Part shown: in pieces, positions 11,457-21,592 of the stretch
How the letters are laid out: the number at the start of each line of letters is the position of its first letter
Numbering within the stretch: position 1 is the stretch's first letter
Source of the DNA: Eukaryota sp. TZLM1-RC
Taxonomy: Eukaryota; Protista; Metamonada: BaSk clade
Assembly: GCA_040285825.1 (NCBI GenBank)
Contig: JAUPSS010000001.1
Location: forward strand, 1,364,001-1,428,000
Direction: 5' to 3'
DNA length: 64,000 nucleotides
Translations under genes and position numbers: made by a program
The notes under the pieces: model-generated
Told to the model about the DNA's origin: nothing
What the model saw: the letters and a program-made list of their open reading frames with translations, nothing else
The model's database searches: none

Positions 11457-12857
11457 CTAAAGACTACTTGCTATACTCATATCCAAAATGTTTCTAGAAG
11501 CTTGGAGGTCTTCCAAACGGAGAGGCTCCTCAGAAGTAACTCTTCTACGAGGGGGTTGAGGAGGAGGTGTTTCATCTAAACTAGGTCCTCTCAACTCGAC
11601 TTCGTTTTCTGATGCGCTAGTGAGCATGGGTTGGGAGGGACTTGATGGTCCCTGAACCACTCTGGTAGGTCTGTTTGCTCGTTCTGTCACATCTACTGTT
11701 GGGATGTGATCAGGGAGTACGTCAATGGAACAGACTTGTACCGGTTGCTCTTTTTCAGATATAATTGGGGCAATTATAGGAAGTTTAGGTCTCTGGTGGA
11801 GCTCTGTTGATTGATCGCCCGTGACCAAGAACCTGAACTTCTTCTTCCTTGTCGTTGATTCCCCGAATTGCTGAATGAAGTTATTTGGGCGGCTCCTAAA
11901 TGTGGATACGCTTGAACGTTCCGTAAGTATATTATTTAGGGCGTCCGCGTCAAAGAAGTCACTGACGGGATCCAACTTACTTGGATTTGTGCTGTCTGCT
12001 TGTTCCATGTATTCTCTGAAACAAGTAGGAGCCCCATCCTCTACCTCTGAGTAGTTATGGATGATCGTATCAAAGTGCGAGTCCAACCATGCCGGTAATT
12101 TGGTTTCCAGGATGTCGTCGGTATCGGTTCTGCTCCTTCTTTCGATGGCTAAGAACCTGATCCTTCTCCCGAATTGATCTAAGTGAATGGCTTCCCAATC
12201 AGGCCTATCTTTGATAGGTTTTGCCAGAATCACATGGATCTCTCTATCCATACCGGTTATCCTAGGACGGCGTTCTGCCCCGCGTCCATAGGTCTCTCTA
12301 CTCAAAGTGTCCAACGCGTTAATGAGTTCTCTTCTCTCATTTGGAGGGAATTCGTAGACTCTATTAGGGTCCCCTTTATGGCCCAGAGTCTGGAATCCCA
12401 CATTTCTTCCAGATTTTGATATTTGCTTCCAAAGGGGAGGGAGCTGCTCAAACAAACAGTAATCTGTTGGTTCAAGGTGAGCTTCCGCGTCCTTCATTAT
12501 CTGTTGGCGAAGCTCTTTTTCATCGTCGTCCATTTCTTCTAAAACGGACTGGAGTTCTTCGTAGTCCTTTAGGACAGACGAAGTATCCGAGCTTAACCCA
12601 ACATTTTCTTTAGGTGAGGAGGGGGGTGGTCCCGTTCCTGAAACCTTATCTGGTTTGTTGGACATGGAAGAGGCGGGAGGTGGTTCCGTGCCTGGTTCCA
12701 TTGGTTTCTCTTGAGGGGGGGCGGAGGGTGGTCTCGAGCCCGAATCCTCACTCTTTGCTTCTACTCCTATTGTTGTGAATGTGTTATATGCATCTCTGTC
12801 GTGCTGTTGCATGAAAATCTTAAAAGAGTCAGTGTCCTGGCGAGGAGAGACTGACAT
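11457..12857 (-). CDS. family 2 ORF1, 466-aa Pro/Ser-rich protein of unknown function, in frame with gag-pol
   Basis: Intact ATG-started ORF 85 nt downstream of the 5' LTR. Its TAG is followed in frame by AGA CAT GTG GAC of gag-pol. Confidence 0.85.
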   Translation of the reverse strand: MSVSPRQDTDSFKIFMQQHDRDAYNTFTTIGVEAKSEDSGSRPPSAPPQEKPMEPGTEPPPASSMSNKPDKVSGTGPPPSSPKENVGLSSDTSSVLKDYEELQSVLEEMDDDEKELRQQIMKDAEAHLEPTDYCLFEQLPPLWKQISKSGRNVGFQTLGHKGDPNRVYEFPPNERRELINALDTLSRETYGRGAERRPRITGMDREIHVILAKPIKDRPDWEAIHLDQFGRRIRFLAIERRSRTDTDDILETKLPAWLDSHFDTIIHNYSEVEDGAPTCFREYMEQADSTNPSKLDPVSDFFDADALNNILTERSSVSTFRSRPNNFIQQFGESTTRKKKFRFLVTGDQSTELHQRPKLPIIAPIISEKEQPVQVCSIDVLPDHIPTVDVTERANRPTRVVQGPSSPSQPMLTSASENEVELRGPSLDETPPPQPPRRRVTSEEPLRLEDLQASRNILDMSIASSL

Positions 12858-12928
12858 GATATCTGCTGAAGATATCCTCTGAATATAAAGCTGTGAATTA
12901 TGTAAGCGGTATACCTATGACCTAATAT

Positions 12929-12941
12929 GGCCAATAATTAT
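12929..12941 (-). promoter_or_regulatory. conserved motif ATAATTATTGGCC at the primer-binding-site position of family 2
   Basis: Directly follows the LTR end ...GGCAACA; identical 13-mer follows the family 3 5' LTR (30093-30105). Confidence 0.7.
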
Positions 12942-13022
12942 TGTTGCCTTAGGTTGCAAAAGTGGTTGAGATAAAGATAATTTATTTTCTATTCATATTA
13001 TAAAAGCCTTAGGGCGCCAACA
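12942..13022 (-). repeat. family 2 5' LTR (81 bp)
   Basis: TGTTG...CAACA terminal inverted repeat, TATAA-like box and AATAAA. The outer edge coincides with the start of an interrupted older gag relic at 13023. No second copy in the window. Confidence 0.7.
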
Positions 13023-13745
13023 GCAATGTTGAAAAAAACAATCTTGTTGGCCACAACCGATTTGAATGTAGAGACCCCCATTGTGCTTGAAGTAAAGTTC
13101 CACAAGGAGAGATTCAAAATCGGAAAAACCGATGAGCCTGCTATCAGAGTCACAGTAGGGAGATGCCAAAATGGTCATGGTAGAAGTGTAAGTAGATTCA
13201 GATTTAAAGGCCGTGGAGGCCGTTTGAGAGGTCATTAAGGCAGAAGTCAATGCAGCCTTGTACATAACACCATAAGATAAGAGGACATATCATCACAAAC
13301 ATCCTCTACAGAGACCAAAACGGCTAGTCCGAGCACGGTTCCTCACAGACGGATCTACAACGGCAATTGAAATAGCAGGACAGTTAACTTTCCAAATCGA
13401 GTATACATCAACGCAGTCAATCAAAATAATGTCGCTCACCAATTTAGGAAACCCGGTCAACAACTAACCAACATCCCAACAAAAATTCTTAATTCCTTTA
13501 CAAATTCACCGAACCAGCCCTGATATTAACAATAATTTTTAATAATAATTCTATGGTTAGTGAAAACCACATCAGATTCCAGCGTTCTCCATTTTTAAGA
13601 TCGGAGATATCGATAAATGAAATTAAAGTAATAGCGACTATTGATTCGGCTGCATTTGTAGCTATTACTGCAAAGTTATTTCAACCATGCCATATGCCAA
13701 TCAAGAGTGAAGATACAATTCAGTTTTTACCTGCAAATAAAGTAA
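13023..13745 (+). pseudogene. degenerate older family 2 copy (Gag Zn knuckle, RGG tract, protease), opposite orientation
   Basis: CNVEKNNLVGHNRFECRDPHC vs CNVTEGNNPIGHTVFECKDPRC; SENHIRFQRSPFLR..ATIDSAAF matches family 2. Confidence 0.88.
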
Positions 13746-13849
13746 CAGCGTACTTAGATGGATCAATAAGCATGACGACTAATTGAAACAATGAAAACAA
13801 TAATTCATTATCATTGGGTTTAAACAATGCATCCAACTATAACATTGTC

Positions 13850-14690
13850 TACACAAGGCTAAAAAGAGTTGGCAGATCTCCATATAACCTAAAAATCAAC
13901 GCCCTTTCAATAATTCCAGAAGGCATTTGAAATTTAGAACATTGAAAATATACGTTAATCATGGAAAGATGTACACAAAGTGAATAAACAAATTCTGCAA
14001 TTTTTGAAGAAGAAGAAACTAGAGTATAAAGCAGCACTGAAACAATTTGCAGAGTCTTTAAAGATCAAAAGAGACGCTGAAATTTCAAATTTTATTTCGT
14101 CGCAGGAAATTTGTGTGTAATTCCAGTGCAAAACAAATCATCGAGAAATCCAATGAAACCATGTCTGTTGAAATGGTTTTCCTTTATGTGGGACACAACA
14201 TAGCCATTTTTATTGATGGCATTAATAAGAGATATTTGTTTGGCATTCATTTTCTTTGTCGAAATTGTAACGGGTTTACCTACAGGTGACAAAGCAGTTC
14301 TTTTACAAAACACTCTGTATATTGTAGAACTAGATGAAGACTTATTAAATAGTTGTTCAGCTTGATGTCTCAGCTGATATAGAAAAGTTGGGGTTTTTCA
14401 TCAAGGATACGTGGTAGCGTTTTGATTTGCTAATCATAAAACATTCGAGAACGATTACAGTCATAAGGTCCCCATTTTGCTGAATCAAGAGCTTGCTTAA
14501 TCCATTGGGTACCAGAAAGTTGTGGAACACTAAAGAATCTTGCAATTTCTTCTTGTGCCAAATGTTGAAAAAAGTATGCAGCACAAGCGCGAACTCTGTT
14601 ATCTTCTGAGCAGTGAAGATTCATAGGCAGTAGTTGATCTATCGATTTAATAGTTGAGAGAATGCGAAAAGTTAAAGACATTTAGGAGTG
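13850..14690 (-). mobile_element. degenerate IS630/Tc1-like DDE transposase relic
   Basis: HTH-like EEIARFFSVPQ..QWIK and catalytic-region-like KQISLINAINKNG...FNRHGFIGFL; several stops and frameshifts. Confidence 0.55.
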
Positions 14691-14759
14691 CAAAGTTATA
14701 GTGAATCTGGAAAAGTGAAAAGTCTTCAAGCCACTTTGCAAATACAGCAGTTTCACTTT

Positions 14760-16780
14760 TTATATTTATTGAACATGCACACTTAAATGAATTAACTCAT
14801 AACTGATGGGACGACTATTATTGAGCCAACATTTCCTCTACAAAATCTTGATATGCTTGCTGTCTAGCTAAAGCTTCTCTTATTCGATTGAAAAACCGAG
14901 GTAATCTATTAATAATGGCAAATTGAATCCGTGAACGCCATAAAAAAATATCAAATCTTCTCATTGTTTTTTCTTGCACTATTTTTTGGAAGTCATTCAA
15001 AAAAGTTTCTGCTTCAACTGATAATCTTCCATTTATCGAAAATGGGAAAGCAATAAAAACCAGCTGTGTATTTCTATCGACATTTGCATCTTCAATTTCT
15101 TTATCATATTTTATATGTTTTTCTTTTGCTTTAAAATCAAGAGCAGCCACAGGATTAAGTTTTCTTCTGTGAACCAAAGTATCGTTTGCAACATTACATG
15201 AGACAAAGTCAACAATAGCTTCAGAATTATCAATCCAATCACAGTATACATCACCTCTATCATCAGAACCAAAATTATTCAGAGAAAGTGTTTCCTTCAG
15301 CAGGGGCTCTTTGATACACGATATCCTTGCAGTTTGTGCCATATTGAAAACAGTGTCTCTAACAGCATCATGTAATGAAGAACGATAAGTTATCAATTAA
15401 GAGCAATTTAGAGTATGGCGCAAAGTGAGTTGAGGTGAATTCGAACAAATACATTTTTCTTTTGATAATAATTGATTAATGAGAGATATTCAAATATAAT
15501 CTCATTTTTGTTACAAAAGCTTCATCAGTGGCACACAATCCAAATCTTCGTGGTGCAATGATAGTTACAAAAAGTGAAGAATCTGAAGACTTGTTTTCAC
15601 AAACACCCTTTTCCAATAACAATGAGTGAAGATCTTGATTTAAAACAGCCGAGCTGCATATATTATTATAAAGCTCTTTTTCATACATTCCAGTCAATCG
15701 TTTCTGTAATGTTCGAAGAGTGTACTTCAAATTTAAAACATTTTTTTCTGGAAAATTGCCATTGAATGATTGGGGAAAGCATCGACCCCATTTTTCTGCA
15801 TCAATTTTTGAAATTTCTTCATTTAATGCAAAAACAGTGGAACTTTGCGTTGCCATCAATAAATCTTCCCAATCTGCAAATCTTTCAGAAAACTCAAAGA
15901 TTGCATTTCTGCATCCTCCAACAAAAGCACACGAGGTAAGAATAGAAGCCTTCGTCCACCCTAAACCGCCATAATGTGGACTAAGGTAAGCATGATCTGG
16001 AATTTGGAACATTTTACATCCCAGTAATTGAAACAGAACTTTAGCACGTAATTCATTAAACTTCTGAGCGAAAGGTCTACTGACGAGAGGATTTGTAGAT
16101 CGAAATATATGATTAAAATTGGAACTAAAACACAGTCTTATAATGGTAAATTTAATGTGTTTTTGTATATCTAAATTCATCATTCGGTCAATTTTGTCAG
16201 AAATTGAGTTCAACTTTTCAAACAATTTTTTGGTAATTTCATCAATAGTTCCTAAAAACGAACCCAAATGACGAATAGCATCAATTGAATATAATTTGGC
16301 TTGAATTTCAATACCATCAACTATTGTGGAAACTGGAGAATTCGATAACAAAACACATTTAAGTAAATTAAGTCGGAGACCAATTTTGGTAAATAATTCT
16401 TTGAAACATACAGTTGCTTATTTCACAATATTTAAATCACCAATAAGCACAACATCATCCATATATGCAATCATTTTTAGCGAAGGAAACATCTCTTGAA
16501 TTTGCAATAAAATAGGATGAATGGCCAAACAAAACAAAAAAGGTCCTAACGGATCTCCTTGCTTAACACCACTTGATGAACTCAAAATGCTATCACCAAA
16601 ATGTGAATTAGAACATTTGCTATATGTTGATTGAAAATACGGCATTAATTCTGGCATATATTGCAATAGAGCACCATGGATACTGCGACGACTCAGTGAA
16701 TTGAATGCATTACTAAAATCCAATGACATACAAACATTGGATTCATTTTGACGAAATAATACATCAGTAGCAAATATATA
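14760..16780 (-). mobile_element. 5'-truncated RLE-type (CRE-like) non-LTR retrotransposon, subfamily C
   Basis: RT motifs LDFSNAFNS, GVKQGDPLGP, AYMDD; RLE region HDAVRD..KEP..RGD..D; frameshifted ORFs 16418-16729, 15476-16351, 14818-15396. Confidence 0.9.
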
Positions 16781-16924
16781 CGTATATTTAAAAACAATGT
16801 TGAAAATTTATGGAGCAATTCACAAACATTTTAACTGTTGAAAAATTCTGTTATGTGCACACGCACCAAAATCAATCGAAGAAGTTCTTTTTTTTATTAT
16901 CAATTTGATTAACATATATTTCAA

Positions 16925-17080
16925 CAGATTGTGTTGGCAAAATACAATTGTGTTTTCTATTTTTAAGGGAATGTTGAAGATGGTTTCTGATGCTTTGCTT
17001 TCTCTTGGAGTTCAGTATGAGAGAGTTTCATCTAGTGTTTTCGTTTTGGGAGAGATGCATTATTTAGATGTTGATTTATA
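16925..17080 (+). mobile_element. short 3'-end fragment of RLE non-LTR element
   Basis: TGGCAAAA..ATTGT.TTTTCTATTTTTAAGGGAATG matches 23418-23457. Confidence 0.7.
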
Positions 17081-18059
17081 GGTTTTTAAATTGTTTAGTC
17101 ACAGAAATTCAACCAATGTAACTAATGGTTTGCAAAATTACAAGACCGGTAATTTTTTTGGTTTCGTGAGAAGCTGAAAATACAATCATGCGACAAACAA
17201 TCCAAAAAATGTGTTTTATTGCAACAGAGAATACACAAATTTTAAAATAGTATCATTAAACAGGAACACCGAAAAGGTGGCTAGTAAATTAGTTTCTTAT
17301 TTGAACAACAATCTCGCTCAACAATACAACAATTAAATTTGAAACGAAGTGAGAATCATGTTATCTACACAATACTTACATTCAAAATACACCACACATT
17401 ACAATTGTAAATAGTGTTCAAACTTTGTTCAACAAAGTTTTGTTCATACACTATTGAAAGTCATCAGTCTAAATGAAAATTATTCTCGACTTTCTTTTGA
17501 ATTCAGTTTGTGGTACTGATTGTTTCCTGACAAATATTCACTGATTGTGCAACTTGAATTGATATCTTTGACGTATTTAGTGAATGAAAATGCAATTAGC
17601 TCATCAGATCTATTTGATTTGTGTTATAAGATAATTTTGTTGATGTCGTATGACCACATCTAATTTGCAATTATATCAAAATGGATAATTCTGTAGAAGG
17701 TACATTATGCGGGTGAAGTGGTGTTCAAGACAATTATGACTTTCAAAAAAGAGGTTTATGGATCAATATTAATGAGAATCAGTCAACAAGGTTATTCAAA
17801 AGGAGATACTTGCTTGGTACAATGTTGATGAATGTTATATCAAGCAACGTTGAATGATTGATGTTTGTTTTAATGCATTCTATGCACTTGCTATGTCAAA
17901 ACCCGGTATTGAGTACATTGAGTGAGTACAAAATCAACCTCAATTAGACCAGTTATTTGCTCAATGTAGCCGAAAGATATAAGTTGAATAAATGAAAAGA
18001 ACAAAAATTAATGAAAAGTCAATTTTATTGCAAAATTCCAATTGGGGAACAATGTCGGA

Positions 18060-19104
18060 TTACTGGGAACGCTTTTGTTCAACAGCTTGGCGGCGTTCCT
18101 TCAATTGTTTCTTGTAATAAGGGTTGAGCTTCTTCATAGTTTCCTTATCCTTGAGAGGATTGCGGCGCTTCTTGAAGTATCCTGGGCGAGGTTTAGGAGC
18201 ACGAATAGCTTGTTGGATTTCTTCAGACTTCAACAATCTGGTGAGATCACTATTGGTAACAATGTTTCTGGGTACATAGGAAGCATAAATCTCGTCAAGT
18301 TTTTTGAAGGCGGATTCAGTCCAGATAACAAATCTACCAAGGTGACCACCAGGAGCCAATTGAAGAAGGTTGAGACGAGAGACTTGGCAAAGTTCAACAC
18401 CGGGAATGTTACGGAAAGCACGAGTAACTCCATTGTCTTCATTAAAAATGACCAATGGTCCACGTCTTTGAGTATATCTGCGGTTGCGCATCTTACCTCT
18501 TCCAGCTCGGAGACCACGGGACTTCTTGACACGGTCAATATCGGCAACAGCTCCGACCTTTTCCAAAATAGCCATAGCTTCCTTGGTCTTTTTGATTGAT
18601 TCCACGGAATTGTTGAGGACAACTGGAACTTCAGTAACATTGTCGATAGCATGGCCACGGGCAGAAACAAGGGAGGGAACAGCGGTAGCGGCGACAGCAG
18701 AAACCAAGGCATATCTTTTCATGTTAACGTTGAGGCATACATGCCACTTTCTCCAGACCTTGGTGGGGGAAAACATACGGCCTCCACGACACATGTTACC
18801 AAAGGCACCTTGACCTGATCGGCCAGTACCACCTCCACCAACACGTGGAATTCTGGCAACAGCACGACCAGTTCCCCATGATTCAGCGGCGACTTCCTCA
18901 CCAGCGGTGGGAGAGACACCGTATGGTTGACGGGAGTTCTTAGCCATGTTGTATTGGACGAAGCTTAAATTAGAATGTTGAGACGAGGTCATACTGAACT
19001 AGATCGGCACGGATGGGTGCAGAAAAGACTTGTGGGAGAGCGATGGGTTCAGAAGCAGCTTCATCACCGATAGATTGAACGTTAACTGTAGGACGACTGG
19101 CCAT
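18060..19104 (-). CDS. RPL4: 60S ribosomal protein L4 (uL4), 337 aa; exons 18995-19104 and 18060-18963, 31-nt intron 18964-18994
   Basis: [72 protein letters not shown]. Removing the GT...AG intron restores the frame. Confidence 0.97.
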
Positions 19105-21592
19105 TTGTGTAGGAAAAAGAAGGTTTGAAATTGAGTTTTTGTTCTTCACAATTCTATTCTTCAAGAATGATTCTGGGTCCATCCAAATTGCAAATGGCAC
19201 TGTTGGAACTACTGTTAATACTACTGAATTAATTGTTCTACTTACAAATTACTGACATTATATTTTCTAAGGGAAGCTCATATCAGATACTTTTTGACAA
19301 ACCTATCCTTATTCAGAAATAGGAAGATACGTGTTTCAACTGTTGAAATTATTTTCATCAGACTGAATCTCTTTATGTTTCATGTTAATTAGTTCATCAA
19401 ACATGTTCAAATTTCAAAAGGAATTATTTTGATGAATTTCACTGCGCCAAGATTTCATCTGCAAAATTCGAGTCACCATCATAAGGAACCATTTATTATT
19501 TCTTAGAATCAAAGTATTTATCGTCAGAAAACAACCAAATCTGGATTATGTAGAGGGAATGTTGGCCTATTAACTTACATCCTTTTGGATCTGATTTGAT
19601 TTTGTTCAAAGTTGAATAAATCAAAATAAGCAAATAGGTCAGTTTTTCTCAAGATTTTCAATGAAAAATATATCTGTTTCGGTAATTTAAATTCAAGAAT
19701 TTGCTATCAATAATCACTCATAAATGTAAATAAATGTTTATGATATTATTAAATGTAAGAATAGATTTTATTGTTCTTGCAATTTTGCTTTTGTAATATA
19801 CTTATCTTATATTTTTGCTTTGGATTATACTGGATTTCAATCTGTCATTAATGACTGCACTGGTGACAAGGTTCAAATTCTGTGTAGCATATACTCCCAT
19901 TCATAAATGTCCTGTATAGTTACGGTTTTATGTTAAATTTCTTGTAGCTCAACTATAGTTTCATTAGCGGTGTATAATGTAATATTTAGTCTTTTAGCAT
20001 TTTTTGATGTTCTTCGGTATTGATAGGTAAAAGAACAATGCATAATGTACAGATCAGTACTATCAAATACAAAGGTATAAGTAATTTTGACAACAATACA
20101 TGCCTTCTCGGTAGAATTTACGGTTGGTGAAAAGAATACACTTTATATTCAGAATTTGAAAGTGCACAATCTCTGCACAGTCCTTCCACCGAAATGTTGT
20201 TTCGAATGTTAATTGAACAACATTTTGGAGTGGAATACGCGAAACTCTTTTTGAAGAGAATGTCACATCACATAATGGAAGGATAACATGTGTCACCTGG
20301 TCTCGGAAGTATCTAGACCACTGCTAGCACTCATCATCTGTTGCTATTAAATGGGGTGCCTAATTTGTAGAAGACATGCATGGTTTGACCGTGCTTAATG
20401 TGTTGAAATGAAGAACTAGAACGGCCGATCTAATTCTAATTTTCTTTCGATCTACGGGATCCAATTTTTCAACTGACATTCTGGTCAGTCATAATGACCA
20501 GTCCTCATCAGGAGCTTATAAGTCTTCTGGTGTATTCTTGCCCCAGTTTTTCATGTACATGACTTTACCTCCTCATCGCAGCAATGTTTTCGATTATTCT
20601 TCATGATTCAATTGCCCAAATAGGAATTGGCTGTCAATCCAAAAATGGAACTGATAGTTACCTTTATGTATTGCTTGAAGACAACGAAACTGCAACAAAA
20701 TCAGATTCAAGCAGTCCACAACTATACACCTTTCACTTACACCAACAACCATTTTTGCTGCATCGACTGCTTCACAATTTGAAATGTTTCTTAACACACC
20801 ACCAAGACGAATTCATCAGTACAAAATCATACGGGTGTCCTATCACACTTGATTCAAATGCAGTTTATGTTACAGTAAAGGAAACAAGACAAGATTGTTC
20901 TGAAATTGCCAAACCTGCTTTTTCTTTATGTGTATGTCAACATCCCTTCCAGTTGAATCATTCGCTGGCAGTACGTTTTACAAACGTTTCCAAAAACCCC
21001 CTGAATTCCTTGAATTGTTGGTTGAATTATCTTGAAAACGATATTATTACAAGTTCCGCCAAGTCCAACCCAATAGAAAGGTCTATTAGTCTCAAACCAA
21101 CAATCAACAAATGGAAAAAGAACACACTTTTGGAACTACCCAAAAGTATCGTGGAGATGGCACTTCTATTTTCCAAAACAAGAAAAAGGCGATCAAAGAA
21201 GAATCTTCCACTCAAATTTAAACGCTACTTGTGATTAAGTTGGGATTAGCATTGGAAGCATACTCAATTTTGCAAATTTTTATAAAGGGCACATATCCTG
21301 GATCCACTATTGTGTAGTATTTGATAAAATAGATAACCTATTTGGAATTCGTTCTTTGAATTCTTTCTTGATTTGTAATAGAATAGGTGGGTTATTTGTT
21401 ATTATGTAAAGCTTTCAACAACACCAGAGATTACATCACAATATACTGATTGGAAACAATTTCGCCATTTGGTTTCTTCATATCTAACTTATTGATATTC
21501 AATGGTTTATCAACTTCTTAACAGGATCTGAAGAATACTACCCCTAATTGAGCTAAACAATAAAATGGCCGAAAAGAACAATGACTAATTAA

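Larger units (their letters stand above)
6817..13022 (-). mobile_element. Ty3/gypsy LTR retrotransposon family 2; 3' part interrupted by the family 1 insertion
   Basis: 5' LTR, ORF1, then gag-pol with protease IDSAA, RT YIDD, RNaseH TDAS and integrase HHCC/DDE. The integrase is cut at the family 1 LTR end. Confidence 0.93.

Noticed and set aside
13012-13019. TGGCGCCC on the minus strand resembling a tRNA-Lys PBS
   Set aside because: It lies 3 nt inside the TGT start of the LTR. The sequence upstream of it is an opposite-strand gag relic, not an LTR.
18042-18813. Plus-strand ORFs of 185 and 109 aa over RPL4, and similar antisense ORFs over pol and other genes
   Set aside because: Shadow ORFs of codon-biased genes with no independent motifs.
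20584-21234. 216-aa ORF
   Set aside because: No recognisable motif. It may be the antisense of a decayed element, so I cannot support a product.
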